From Chloroflexota bacterium (GTDB lineage Bacteria; Chloroflexota; Limnocylindria; Limnocylindrales; CSP1-4), in the NCBI GenBank assembly GCA_004297395.1, contig SCUO01000047.1:56575-120574 (forward strand): 64,000 nt of DNA, given 5' to 3'. Positions 26,274 through 36,095 of this stretch are shown piece after piece. Within the stretch, counting starts at the first letter, position 1. Each line of letters starts with the position of its first letter. A model generated the notes under the pieces. It had not been told where the DNA came from, made no database searches, and saw only the letters and a list, made by a program, of their open reading frames with translations. The position numbers and the translations under genes were made by a program.

Positions 26274-27820
26274 CGCTTGCTCAACGCCGCCAGCAGCCGC
26301 TCGCCGATCCGGTAGCTCTGGCCGCCGCCCATGACGAGGACGACGTCCCCGGCCGCGACCTGGCCGGCCAGCCAGTCGGCCGTTGCCTCCACCGAGCCCG
26401 GCGCCCCGTGCGGAATCCCCGGCCGGCGGCGGGCGACGGCCTCGGCGAGGGCGGCGCTCGAGGCGACCGTGGTGTCGGTGTCGCGGCCGGCCCAGATGTC
26501 GGCGACGGCCACCGCATCGGCGGTGGCCAGGGCGACGGCGAAGTCCTCGAGCAGGGCCGCCGTCCGGTGGAACGTCAGGGGCTCATACACGGCCCACACC
26601 CGCCGCCCGGGCTCGCGCTGGCGGACGGCGGCGATGGTCACGCTGATGGCGGTCGGGTGGTGCCCGTAGTCGTCGTAGACGACCACGCCCGCAGCCTCGC
26701 CCTTGCGCTCGAGCCGGCGTCCGACGCCACGGAAGCGGCCGACCCCCCGGGCAACCTGGACGGGATCGCCGCCGAGGAGCGAGGCGACGCCGATGACGGT
26801 CAGTGCGTTGGCCGCGTTGTGCCGGCCGGCCGTCGCCAGCCTGACGACGAGCGGATCCCCGGCTCGCGGGAGGCCGAAGATCTCCAGGGTCGTCCCACCG
26901 GGATCGAGCGCCGTGATGGTGGCGACGATCGCCTCGGCCGGACCGCCACCGGTCCGGTAGCGCTCGCGTGCGGCGGCGATGGCCGGGCCCGGTGACGCGT
27001 CCTCGTCGAGGACCTGGGTGGCGAGCACGCCGCCCTCCCAGCCGGAGAGCTGCTCGGCGACGAGGCGGGCTCCCCGGTCGCCGATGTTCGCGACGAGCAC
27101 CGGCCGGTGGCCGTCGTGCCAGGCACTCCGGCGGATCCACGCGTCGAACGCGTCACGGACGGCCAGCTCGTCGGCGAAGACGTCGGGGTGGTCCCACTCG
27201 ACGCTGGTCAGGACCGCGATCGACGGCCGATAGGGATCGAAGTTGCCGGCATACTCGTCGGCCTCGACGACGAAGCGCTTGGCGTCCGCGCGGTGGATCG
27301 CGGTCGAGGGGGCGCCCACCACGCTCGGCAGGAGCGCGCCAACGAACGCCGAGGCGTGTGGGACCGCCGCGAGCAACCAGCCCGCCGTCGTGCTCTTGCC
27401 GTGCGTCCCCGCGACGGCGACGAGCCGCTTGCCGTAGGCGGCGTCGGCGACGACCTGCTGCCACGGCTCGATCGGGATGCCGGCGGCCCGGGCCGCCTGG
27501 AGCTCGGGATGGTCCGGCGCGATCGCGGTGAGCGCCTTCGTGACCGCGAGCCGGTCCGGCGGTGGCGTCGTGGTGACGTGCGCGGCCGCATGGCCGGTGA
27601 GCAGCTCGAGCCCGGCCTCGGCGAACGCCGCCGTGTACGGCGACGGCCCGCCGGCATCGCAGGCGGTCACCACGGCTCCGGCCCAGGCGGCGTGGAGGGC
27701 CGCGGCGGATGCCCCGGCGCCGGCGGCCCCGACGACGTGGATGCGTTCGCCGAGCCGGATCGGCCGGGCCTCCCGGGCCTGCGCCAGTCCCGCGCCGATC
27801 TCCGCGGCCGACCGCGTCAC
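26270..27820 (-). CDS. Mur ligase family protein (MurC / Mpl-like UDP-N-acetylmuramate:amino acid ligase)
   Basis: N-terminal Rossmann RIHVVGAAGAGASAAAL, P-loop GTHGKSTTAGWL, central and C-terminal Mur ligase domains (DEYAGNFD, GRHNAANAL); GTG 27820 overlaps cinA stop (GTGA). Confidence 0.8.
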   Translation of the reverse strand: MTRSAAEIGAGLAQAREARPIRLGERIHVVGAAGAGASAAALHAAWAGAVVTACDAGGPSPYTAAFAEAGLELLTGHAAAHVTTTPPPDRLAVTKALTAIAPDHPELQAARAAGIPIEPWQQVVADAAYGKRLVAVAGTHGKSTTAGWLLAAVPHASAFVGALLPSVVGAPSTAIHRADAKRFVVEADEYAGNFDPYRPSIAVLTSVEWDHPDVFADELAVRDAFDAWIRRSAWHDGHRPVLVANIGDRGARLVAEQLSGWEGGVLATQVLDEDASPGPAIAAARERYRTGGGPAEAIVATITALDPGGTTLEIFGLPRAGDPLVVRLATAGRHNAANALTVIGVASLLGGDPVQVARGVGRFRGVGRRLERKGEAAGVVVYDDYGHHPTAISVTIAAVRQREPGRRVWAVYEPLTFHRTAALLEDFAVALATADAVAVADIWAGRDTDTTVASSAALAEAVARRRPGIPHGAPGSVEATADWLAGQVAAGDVVLVMGGGQSYRIGERLLAALSKR

Positions 27821-28314
27821 CCTCCGGCCGCCTCGGCTCGTTCGATGAGCAGCTCGAGTACTGCCCGGGCGCTCTCGAGCCTGTTCCCGGCGCGGTCGCT
27901 GCCCCAGGTGAACCGGCGGACATCCGTCCCGCGGGCGTCGGCCAGGCCAACGTAGGTCAGCCCGACCGGCTTCTCCGGACTCCCGCCGTCGGGGCCGGCG
28001 ATCCCCGTCACCGACGCCGCGAGCGACGCCCGGAGGCGATCCCGCGCTCCCGTCGCCATCGACCGGGCGACCTGGGCGCTCACCGCCCCATGGGCGGCGA
28101 GGCTGGCTTCGGGGACACCTAGGAGCGAGGCCTTGGCCGCATCCGCGTACGAGACGACGCCGCCCGCGAAGTAGCCCGACGAGCCCGGGATCTCGGTGAT
28201 CGCCGCCGCCACGAGGCCGCCGGTGCACGATTCGGCGACCGCGACGGTCAGGCCTCGCCCAAGGCAGACGCCCTGGAGTCGCTCGGCCAGGCTCCGCAGG
28301 TCCGCGTCAGCCAC
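27817..28314 (-). CDS. cinA: CinA C-terminal domain protein (PncC-like NMN deamidase)
   Basis: LTVAVAESCTGGLVAAAITEIPGSS...GPDGGSPEKPVGLTYVG. Confidence 0.8.
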   Translation of the reverse strand: MADADLRSLAERLQGVCLGRGLTVAVAESCTGGLVAAAITEIPGSSGYFAGGVVSYADAAKASLLGVPEASLAAHGAVSAQVARSMATGARDRLRASLAASVTGIAGPDGGSPEKPVGLTYVGLADARGTDVRRFTWGSDRAGNRLESARAVLELLIERAEAAGG

Positions 28315-28320
28315 GACGCG

Positions 28321-29751
28321 CTACCGGCGCTGGGTGAGCTGCGGCGGCGCGGGTGGCTGGAAGAGCCAGGTCTCCGGGATGCCGGGCGCGCCGAGGGCAC
28401 CCAGCGAGACTCCATTCAGGGTGTATCGCGTGACGCCCGAGGAACCCGTCCGGACCTCGACCGATGTCGTGCCGGTGAACACGATCGTCTCGCCCGATCG
28501 GAGTGTCTTCCCGGCCTGGGTCAGGCGCGGATCCACGACGCCATCGACCCAGACCTTGAGCCAGGCATTGCCGCCCTGGACGGTCACGACCAGGTTGACG
28601 CCCTTGTATGCGACGGTGACGGTCCTGGTCAGGGACGCCGTCTTGCCCTCCTGGGAGGTGGCCGTGATCGTGATCGACCAGCGACCCTCGGTCAGCTCGA
28701 GGGGCGTGGCGAAGCTGCCGTCGGCCCCGACCTGGACGGTCAGCCCATCGGGCTCCTCGGGCGGTGCCGAGGCCGACGGATCCGGTACCGGCGTCACCGT
28801 CGGTACCGGCGCCGCCGTGGGCACGGGTGTCGGCGGGGTCGAACCATCGGGCGGGCCCAGCCAGGTCGCGCGGACGACGACCGTGGAGGCGTTGGTGGTC
28901 ATGCCCTCGACCGGTATCGCCCCGTTCTCGAACGTCGTCCCGTCCTGGGGCTGGGTGACGGTCAGCGTCGGCGCCTGGATGACCAGGTACGGGACGTTGA
29001 TGATCAGCTGCTTGACCTCGTCCGCGTGCCGCCCGGTCTCGGGATCCAGGGCGTCGATGTAGAACTGGTTCTGGCCCCGCCGGACGTCCACGGCGACGCT
29101 CCAGGTGCCGTCCGACAGGGCCGTGACCCGGTACGTCGGTGGCTGGCTCGGGCCGAGGGCGACGGTCACGGTTGCCCCGGCCGTGGCGGTGCCTTCCAGC
29201 CGGTAGGTGGTCGCGGATTCAGGCGCCTCGACGACGGCCGAGGCCGGCCGCACGATCTCGAGGGTCGGGGGCTTGGCGAAGCGCATGAGCTGCGAAGCGA
29301 GGTACAGGCCGAACAGGACGACCGCAACCGTCATCATCGCCGCGGCCACGACCGACGGCGAGAACGTCAGCGGCCGGGGCGTCTCCAGGATGGCCTTGGG
29401 GGCCACGACGACCGGCTCGGTCGGCACCTGGTCGCCGCGTTCCCGGCGCCACTGCCGGAGGACGTCTTCGGGATCGAGCTCGAGGTAGATGGCGTAGTTC
29501 CGGAGGAAGCCCTTGGTGTAGACGGCGCCGGGCAGCTCGCGATAGTCGCCTCGCTCGAGGGCGGCCAGGTAGCGGGCCCGGATCTTGGTGTCCCGCTCGG
29601 CCCGGAAAAGATCGACGCCCTTCCGCTCGCGGGCCGCGACGAGCCGGTCCGGCAGGGCCGGCGTCAGGTCCGGTTCGATGGGTGCCCGATCGCCGCGGGC
29701 ACCCGCGCGGGCCTCGGCCCCGGTCCGTCGCGCCTCGTCGCCGATGGCCAT
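28321..29751 (-). CDS. RodZ-like protein: N-terminal XRE-type HTH, single TM, Pro/Thr-rich linker, C-terminal DUF4115
   Basis: HTH GAEARAGARGDRAPIEPDLTPAL...RARYLAALERGDY, TM VVAAAMMTVAVVLFGLYLA, C-terminal beta domain. Confidence 0.7.
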   Translation of the reverse strand: MAIGDEARRTGAEARAGARGDRAPIEPDLTPALPDRLVAARERKGVDLFRAERDTKIRARYLAALERGDYRELPGAVYTKGFLRNYAIYLELDPEDVLRQWRRERGDQVPTEPVVVAPKAILETPRPLTFSPSVVAAAMMTVAVVLFGLYLASQLMRFAKPPTLEIVRPASAVVEAPESATTYRLEGTATAGATVTVALGPSQPPTYRVTALSDGTWSVAVDVRRGQNQFYIDALDPETGRHADEVKQLIINVPYLVIQAPTLTVTQPQDGTTFENGAIPVEGMTTNASTVVVRATWLGPPDGSTPPTPVPTAAPVPTVTPVPDPSASAPPEEPDGLTVQVGADGSFATPLELTEGRWSITITATSQEGKTASLTRTVTVAYKGVNLVVTVQGGNAWLKVWVDGVVDPRLTQAGKTLRSGETIVFTGTTSVEVRTGSSGVTRYTLNGVSLGALGAPGIPETWLFQPPAPPQLTQRR

Positions 29752-29757
29752 GTCTGT

Positions 29758-32154
29758 CTAGTCATCCCCTGCGTCGCCGTCGTCCGGATCGCCTCCCGGC
29801 TCGTCACGCCGGAGCACGACCCGGGCGTTCGACCCGTCGAACGCACCGATGTAGCCCCGCGCCTCCAGCTGGTCGATGATCCGGGCGGCTCGCGCGTAGC
29901 CGATCTTGAGTCGTCGCTGGAGGAGCGACGCCGAGGCTCGATCGTACTCCCGGATGACATCACGGGCATCATCGAAGAGCCGGTCCTTGTCGACGTCGTC
30001 GAGGTCCTCGACCGTGCCGGTCGATTCCTCGTCACCCTCGATGATCTGCATGTCGTAATGCGGATCGTCGATCTGGTCCTTCCAGTGGGTCCCGATCCGG
30101 CCGATCTCGACGTCCGAGACGAAGACGCCCTGGAGGCGCATCGGACGGGGCAGGTCGGACGGCTGGTAGAGCATGTCGCCGCGGCCGATGAGGTCCTCCG
30201 CGCCGGGCGAATCGAGGATCGTCCGGGAATCGATCTGGGAGGCCATCGCAAACGCGATCCGGCTCGGGAAGTTCGCCTTGATGAGGCCCGTCACCACGTT
30301 GACCGAGGGCCGCTGGGTGGCGAGGACCATGTGGATCCCGGTCGCCCGGGCCTTCTGGGCCAGGCGAACGATCGGGTCCTCGACGTTCTTGCCCTCGCGC
30401 ATCATGAGGTCGGCCAGCTCGTCGACCACGATGACGATGTAGGGCATCCGGTCGTCGGGGTCGATCCGGGTGTCGTTGTAGGCCCGGATGTTCCGCGAGC
30501 TCGCCCCGGCGAAGCGTCGGTAGCGGCCCTCCATCTCGTTGACCGCCCACTTGAGGGCCGCCTTGGCCCGCTCCGGCTCGGTGATGACCGGCACGAGCAG
30601 GTGGGGCAGGCCGTTGTAAGCCGCCAGCTCGACCCGCTTGAGGTCCATGAGGATCATCCGGACGTCGTGCGGGGTGGCGTTGCAGAGGAGGCTGGTGATG
30701 AGGGCGTTGACCATGACGCTCTTGCCCGAGCCGGTGGCCCCGGCGATGAGCAGGTGCGGCATCTTGGCGAGATCGACCGCCTGGGCCTTGCCGGCGACGT
30801 CGCGACCCAGGGCAAAGGTCAGCTTCGAGGTCCCCGCCCCGCCGAGCTCCACCTGCTCGAGGATCCCCCGCAGGGCGACGATGTTGAAGTCCTTGTTCGG
30901 GACCTCGATGCCGACCGCGCTCTTGCCGGGGATCGGAGCCTCGATCCGGAGGCTCCGGGCCGCCAGGGCCATGGCCAGGTCGTCGGCCAGTCCCTCGATC
31001 CGGCTGACCTTGACGTGCGGGGCCGGCTGGACCTCGTACTGGGTCACCACGGGGCCGGCGTTGCGGCCGACGATCTGGGCCTGGATGTCGAAGCTGGCCA
31101 GCTTCTTGACGATGATCTCCTCGTTCCGCCGGTGATGGGCATCCTCGTTGGCGAGGCCCACTCGCTCGACCGCCGCATCCAGCAGGTCGAGGTGCGGCAG
31201 GACGTAGTCGATTCGGTCCCGGGTCGGCGGCGAATCCGAGGCCGAGGTGATGTCATCGAGTGCGCGGACCGGGCGCGGCGGCGCGACGAGCGTCGCTGCG
31301 GCGGCGCCAGCGGCGAGCTCCCCGTTCCGGGCTGGCGCGAACGTGGCCGACGTCGGGACCGCCGACGGCACGGCCGAGGGGATGTGGTCGCCGTGGTCCT
31401 CGCCCCAGATCCCCGTCTGGCCGCTCGAGGGCGAGGCCGAGATGCCGGCCTTGCCGGCCCGGCCACCCCGTCCGCCGCCGTTGCGATCGTTCACCACGCC
31501 GGTCCCGGGGCCGGCGGCACCAGCGCCATTTCCGCGGCCCCGACCGGTGGCCTCGTCGGCGCCAGGCCTCGAGTCGCGCCGGATCGAGGCGGCTGCGGCG
31601 GCACCGAGCCAGTGGGCCAGCGTCGTGCCTGGCTTCACCAGCTCGCGGAGGGGCAGGTTGAAGGCGAGCATGAGCCCGACCGCCCCGACGGCGACGAGCA
31701 GGACGAACGCCCCCGGCGCCGTGAGCGGCGAGACGAGGGTGTCCTCGAAGAACCGCCCAAGGCGGCCGCCGCTGATCTCGCCGAGCGGGGCGATCTGGAT
31801 CGCGCCGAGGAGCCCGAGGTAGGCCACGACGATCCCCACGATCGTGAGGCCCCAGCCCGACGAGGGCTGCCGGCCGGGACCCCACTCGACGTACCAGCCC
31901 GCGCCGAGGAGCAGGAACGGCAGGAGCCAGCGGAGGCTCCCGAACCACGGCCCCACCGAGCCGATCCACCAGTCGGTGAGGCGGCCCTGGCCGGGCAGGA
32001 CGAGGGCGACCAGGGTGAACACGCCGACCACGAGCAGGATGATCCCGACGATCGAACGGGCCACCTCGGGCCCGACGCTGGGCAGGGCGATCCGGGGCAG
32101 GCCGAGACCGCGTCGGCGGCTTCGACGTGGTGCCGCCCGGCGGCGAGTGGCCAC
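29758..32154 (-). CDS. ftsK: DNA translocase FtsK/SpoIIIE
   Basis: N-terminal 4 TM, Gly/Arg linker, motor domain Walker A GATGSGKS, Walker B VIVVDELADL, C-terminal gamma wHTH (ASASLLQRRLKIGYARAARIIDQLE). Confidence 0.9.
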   Translation of the reverse strand: MATRRRAAPRRSRRRGLGLPRIALPSVGPEVARSIVGIILLVVGVFTLVALVLPGQGRLTDWWIGSVGPWFGSLRWLLPFLLLGAGWYVEWGPGRQPSSGWGLTIVGIVVAYLGLLGAIQIAPLGEISGGRLGRFFEDTLVSPLTAPGAFVLLVAVGAVGLMLAFNLPLRELVKPGTTLAHWLGAAAAASIRRDSRPGADEATGRGRGNGAGAAGPGTGVVNDRNGGGRGGRAGKAGISASPSSGQTGIWGEDHGDHIPSAVPSAVPTSATFAPARNGELAAGAAAATLVAPPRPVRALDDITSASDSPPTRDRIDYVLPHLDLLDAAVERVGLANEDAHHRRNEEIIVKKLASFDIQAQIVGRNAGPVVTQYEVQPAPHVKVSRIEGLADDLAMALAARSLRIEAPIPGKSAVGIEVPNKDFNIVALRGILEQVELGGAGTSKLTFALGRDVAGKAQAVDLAKMPHLLIAGATGSGKSVMVNALITSLLCNATPHDVRMILMDLKRVELAAYNGLPHLLVPVITEPERAKAALKWAVNEMEGRYRRFAGASSRNIRAYNDTRIDPDDRMPYIVIVVDELADLMMREGKNVEDPIVRLAQKARATGIHMVLATQRPSVNVVTGLIKANFPSRIAFAMASQIDSRTILDSPGAEDLIGRGDMLYQPSDLPRPMRLQGVFVSDVEIGRIGTHWKDQIDDPHYDMQIIEGDEESTGTVEDLDDVDKDRLFDDARDVIREYDRASASLLQRRLKIGYARAARIIDQLEARGYIGAFDGSNARVVLRRDEPGGDPDDGDAGDD

Positions 32155-32159
32155 GGCTC

Positions 32160-33848
32160 CTAGACCTCGACCACGACCGGGAAGACCATCGGCCGGCGCT
32201 TCGTCTGCTCGTACAGGAAGCGCGAGACGCCGTCCTTGATCTGGGTCTTGAGCAGGGCGATCTCGCTGATGTGGTCACCGGGGTTCTCGACCGAGGCGAC
32301 GACCCGCACGACGGCGGCCTCGAGGATCCGGTCGTACTCGGCCCCGTGGATGAAGCCGCGGGTGATGATCTCGGGCGTGCCGATGACGGCACCGGTCTGC
32401 TTGTCGACGGTCACCACGATCATGAACATGCCGTCGTTGGCGAGCGCCCGCCGGTCGCGGAGGATGACGTCGCCGACCTCGCCGACCGACAGGCCGTCGA
32501 CGAAGACGTACCCGGCCGGGACGGCAGTTGCGCGCCGGGCCGAGCCGTCGGCGAGGAACTCGATGGGCTGGCCGTTCTCGATGATGAACACGTTCTCCGG
32601 CGCTACGCCGGTCTCGATCGCCAGGCGACCGTGCTGGACCTGCATCCGGAACTCGCCGTGGATCGGGATGAAGTGCTTCGGCTTCGTCAGGCCGAGCATG
32701 AGCTTCAGCTCCTCCTGGCTGGCGTGGCCGGAGACGTGGGCCCGCTTGATCGTGTGGTAGAAGACGTTCGCCCCCGCCTTGAACAGGTTGTCGATCGTCC
32801 GGCTGACGTACTCCTCGTTGCCGGGGATCGGGCTGGCGCTGACGATCACGGTGTCGCCCTGGCGGATCTCGACGAAGCGGTGGTCACGGTTGGCCATCCG
32901 GGCGAGGCCGGCCATCGGCTCGCCCTGGGCGCCGGTCGTGCAGATGACGAGCTTCGCGTCGGGCACGTCGTTGAGCTTGTCCTTGGCCACGATCCGGCCC
33001 GTGTCGTAGGTCAGGTAGCCGAGGTCCGAGGCGATCCGGAAGTTCTGCTCCATCGAGCGGCCGATGACCGTGACCTGGCGGTCGAACGTGGCGGCGGCGT
33101 CAAGGACCTGCTGGACGCGGGCGATGTTGCTGGCGAAGGTAGCCACGATGACCCGGCCGTCGAGCGGCTCCATGATCTCGCGGAAGGCCTCGCCAACGGT
33201 CCGCTCCGAGGGCGTATAGCCGGGGTTCTCCGCCCGCGTCGAGTCCGACATGAGGCAGATGACGCCCTCCTCGCCGAGCTTGGCGAGGGTATGGAAGTCG
33301 CTCAGCTTGCCGTCCACGGGCGTGTGGTCGAACTTGAAGTCGCCGGTGTGAACGACGATCCCGACCGGTGTCCGCAGGGCGATGCCCATCGCGTCGGGGA
33401 TCGAATGGCCGATCCGGAACGGGATGGCCGTGAAGGGCCCGATCTGGAGCTCGTCACCGGGCTCCAGGGCGAGCAGCGGGTTGTTGTGGAGCTTGTGCTC
33501 CTTGACCTTGTTGCCGAGCAGGCCGCGAGCGAGCGTGGACGCGTAGACGGGCACGCCCGGGAACTCGGGCAGGATGTAGGGCAGGCCGCCGACATGGTCC
33601 TCGTGGGCATGGGTGATGAGGAAGGCCCTGACGTTCGCCTTCTTGTCCCGGAGATAGGTGATGTCCGGGACGACGAGATCGATGCCGAACATCTCCTCGT
33701 CGGGGAACATGAGGCCGCAGTCGATGACGACGATGTCGTCGCCGTACTCGAACACGAACATGTTCTTGCCGATCTCGCCCACCCCGCCGAGCGGGATGAT
33801 CCTGAGGGGCGTGCCGGTCGGCTGCGGTGCGGCGGATTTCCTGGGCAT
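32160..33848 (-). CDS. rnj: Ribonuclease J (metallo-beta-lactamase / beta-CASP)
   Basis: HAHEDHVGG motif, beta-CASP motifs, C-terminal domain; start at internal ATG 33848 (upstream 334 codons of ORF are Arg-rich junk). Confidence 0.9.
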   Translation of the reverse strand: MPRKSAAPQPTGTPLRIIPLGGVGEIGKNMFVFEYGDDIVVIDCGLMFPDEEMFGIDLVVPDITYLRDKKANVRAFLITHAHEDHVGGLPYILPEFPGVPVYASTLARGLLGNKVKEHKLHNNPLLALEPGDELQIGPFTAIPFRIGHSIPDAMGIALRTPVGIVVHTGDFKFDHTPVDGKLSDFHTLAKLGEEGVICLMSDSTRAENPGYTPSERTVGEAFREIMEPLDGRVIVATFASNIARVQQVLDAAATFDRQVTVIGRSMEQNFRIASDLGYLTYDTGRIVAKDKLNDVPDAKLVICTTGAQGEPMAGLARMANRDHRFVEIRQGDTVIVSASPIPGNEEYVSRTIDNLFKAGANVFYHTIKRAHVSGHASQEELKLMLGLTKPKHFIPIHGEFRMQVQHGRLAIETGVAPENVFIIENGQPIEFLADGSARRATAVPAGYVFVDGLSVGEVGDVILRDRRALANDGMFMIVVTVDKQTGAVIGTPEIITRGFIHGAEYDRILEAAVVRVVASVENPGDHISEIALLKTQIKDGVSRFLYEQTKRRPMVFPVVVEV

Positions 33849-33862
33849 GGGGCCTGGTCCGA

Positions 33863-34606
33863 TCAAAAGAAGGTCGGCGCGTCGAGCGCCGGGTCGACCG
33901 GACCAGCGTCCGGTGGCGGAGTCGGGAACGCCTCGGCCGTGGCCGGCGCCCCGGCGACCGCGGAGGCGGTGGTGCGACGCCGGCGGGCCTCGAGCAGGGC
34001 CGCGGGGATGCCGGTCGCGTCGTCGTAACTCTGGCGCTCGACCTCGGGGGCGCGGAGGGCTGCCGCCGGGTGGTACATCGCGTAGACCATGGCCGAGGTG
34101 GCGCCTGTTGTGGGGTCCACAGGGTGGAGCGTCCCGTGGGCCTGGGTGATCCTGGCCCCCGGGATGAAGCGGCCCATCGAGTGGCGGCCGAGGGTCACGA
34201 CGAGCGCCGGGTCCAGGATCTGGAGCTGGCGCTGCAGGTACGGCAGGCAGGCGGCGACCTCGTCCGGCTCGGGGTCGCGGTTGTCGGGCGGTCGGCACTT
34301 CACGACGTTCGTGATGAACACCTCTTCGCGCCGCCAGCCGATCGTGGCGAGGAAGCGGACGAGCAGGTCGCCGGCTCGACCCACGAAGGGTCGACCCTGG
34401 CGGTCCTCGTTCATCCCGGGCCCCTCGCCGACGAACACGACCTCCGTGTCGGGGTGGCCCTCGCCCGGCACGGCCCGGGTCCGGCCGGCGTGGAGACGGC
34501 AGCGGGTGCAGGTGCGGACCTCCGCGGCGATGGCCTCGAGCGCCGCCGCCCGCGAGGCCGGCGCCTGGGCCGGGGCGTCGAGCGCCAGGCGCTCGCCTGA
34601 CGTCAC
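33863..34606 (-). CDS. Uracil-DNA glycosylase family 4 (UdgA-type, 4Fe-4S)
   Basis: Cys cluster CTRCRLH, GEGPG motif, FITNVVKCRPP, HPAA. Confidence 0.8.
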   Translation of the reverse strand: MTSGERLALDAPAQAPASRAAALEAIAAEVRTCTRCRLHAGRTRAVPGEGHPDTEVVFVGEGPGMNEDRQGRPFVGRAGDLLVRFLATIGWRREEVFITNVVKCRPPDNRDPEPDEVAACLPYLQRQLQILDPALVVTLGRHSMGRFIPGARITQAHGTLHPVDPTTGATSAMVYAMYHPAAALRAPEVERQSYDDATGIPAALLEARRRRTTASAVAGAPATAEAFPTPPPDAGPVDPALDAPTFF

Positions 34607-35676
34607 GCCGGCGCCCCGACCGGGTTCGTTGCCCGCCGCGAGCGCGCCCGGACCCAGTCGCGCTCGACAAGGGCCTCGGCGATCTCGACCGCATTCGTCG
34701 CGGCACCCTTGCGGAGGTTGTCCGAGACGACCCAGAGGGCCAGCCCGCGGCCGCCGTCGATCGAGGGATCCTGGCGGACGCGACCGACGAAGACCTCGTC
34801 CCGGCCGGCCGCCGTGCTCGCGAGCGGGTACTCGTGGCTGGCCGGGTCATCCTGGACGACGACCCCGGGGACCTTCGCGAACAGCGCCCGCGCCTCGTCC
34901 GGGGAGATCGGCCGCGTCGTCTCCACGTGGACGGCCTCGGAGTGGCTCACGAAGACGGGGATCCGGACCGCGGTGCAGGACAGGCGCAGCGCGGGCAGGT
35001 GGAGGATCTTGCGGCTCTCCGTGACGACCTTCCACTCCTCTCGGGTGTAGCCGTTATCGAGGAAGACGTCGATCTCGGGCAGGGCGTTGAACGCGATCGG
35101 GTGGGGATAGACGGCCGCGACCTTGGGCTCGCCGCGAACGTGGGCCTGGACCTGGCCCTCGAGCTCGGCCAGCGCGTCGGCGCCCGTGCCGGACACGGAC
35201 TGGTAGGTGTCCACGATGACCCGGTCCAGCCCGACGCTATCGCGGAGGGCCATGAGGACCGGAACGAGCTGCATCGTGGAACAGTTCGGGTTGGCGATGA
35301 TCCCCTCGTGCCATTCGAGGTCGTCTGGGTTGACCTGGCTGACGACGAGCGGCACGGCCGGATCCATCCGCCAGGCGTTCGAGTTGTCGATGACCGTCGC
35401 GCCGCGGGCCGCCGCAGCCGGCGCCAGCTCCAGCGAGACATCGCTGCCGGCGCTGAACAGGGCGATGTCGACGCCCTCGAACGCGTCCGGGACTGCCTCC
35501 CCGACTTCGAGCGTCCGACCCGCGGCCTCGACCGTCCGGCCGGCCGAGCGGCCGCTCGCGAGCAGCCGCAGCTCGCCGATCGGGAAGTCTCGTTCGGCGA
35601 GGACCTGGGCCATTGTCCGACCCACGACGCCGGTGGCGCCGACGACGGCTACGCTGAGCGGGGAACGCTGGTTCAT
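34603..35676 (-). CDS. asd: Aspartate-semialdehyde dehydrogenase
   Basis: VAVVGATGVVG Rossmann, active-site NCSTMQL, C-terminal dimerisation domain; ATG 35676. Confidence 0.9.
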   Translation of the reverse strand: MNQRSPLSVAVVGATGVVGRTMAQVLAERDFPIGELRLLASGRSAGRTVEAAGRTLEVGEAVPDAFEGVDIALFSAGSDVSLELAPAAAARGATVIDNSNAWRMDPAVPLVVSQVNPDDLEWHEGIIANPNCSTMQLVPVLMALRDSVGLDRVIVDTYQSVSGTGADALAELEGQVQAHVRGEPKVAAVYPHPIAFNALPEIDVFLDNGYTREEWKVVTESRKILHLPALRLSCTAVRIPVFVSHSEAVHVETTRPISPDEARALFAKVPGVVVQDDPASHEYPLASTAAGRDEVFVGRVRQDPSIDGGRGLALWVVSDNLRKGAATNAVEIAEALVERDWVRARSRRATNPVGAPA

Positions 35677-35722
35677 CCGGGCATGGCTCCGCAGGGTGAT
35701 CTGATCAGGCGGGCACGGCGCG

Positions 35723-35728
35723 AGTATA
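35723..35728 (-). promoter_or_regulatory. Putative -10 element TATACT (minus strand) for asd; part of recurring TAYACT-C(C)GC signature
   Basis: Plus-strand AGTATA at 35723-35728, 47 nt upstream of asd ATG; same hexamer plus GC-rich discriminator found upstream of nusA, rplS, rpsB, ffh. Confidence 0.35.
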
Positions 35729-36069
35729 CCCGGCCCGCTCGAGCCTTCCGCCCAACGAGGCCGTACCGCCCGCGGCGACAACGTGGCTGGCTCGGCGCCC
35801 GGCGTCGAAGGCTCCTCGTCGCGCGTGGTCTGTCACCCAGTGACTGAGGGACTGGTATGGCCCCGGGGCGGCGCGTAGCGGAACCGGGATGCACCCGCCG
35901 ACTACCAGCCGCTCCTCAGCCGGGCCCAAGGCCGCACGCCTCCGAATCTCACGTTCGACGGAGGCGCCAGCCAGTCGCACACGCTGACCGCGCCGCGCTG
36001 CCAGTCACCAGGCGAATGGCTGCCCGACCTGACGCCGGTGGAATCGGACGAGCCGCGGGACGGACCCGC

Positions 36070-36095
36070 GGCTCGCATCGATCAGGGGCCGCCGA
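36070..36095 (-). terminator. Weak stem-loop just downstream of pnp stop (possible terminator, no U-tract)
   Basis: GGCCG-TCTTCGG-CGGCC on transcribed strand. Confidence 0.2.

Noticed and set aside
28196-34028. ORFs 28196..29062(+), 29026..32163(+, 1045 aa), 32127..34028(+)
   Set aside because: Antisense to RodZ-like, FtsK and RNase J. Gly/Arg/Asp-rich with no motifs. The minus-strand genes are unequivocal.
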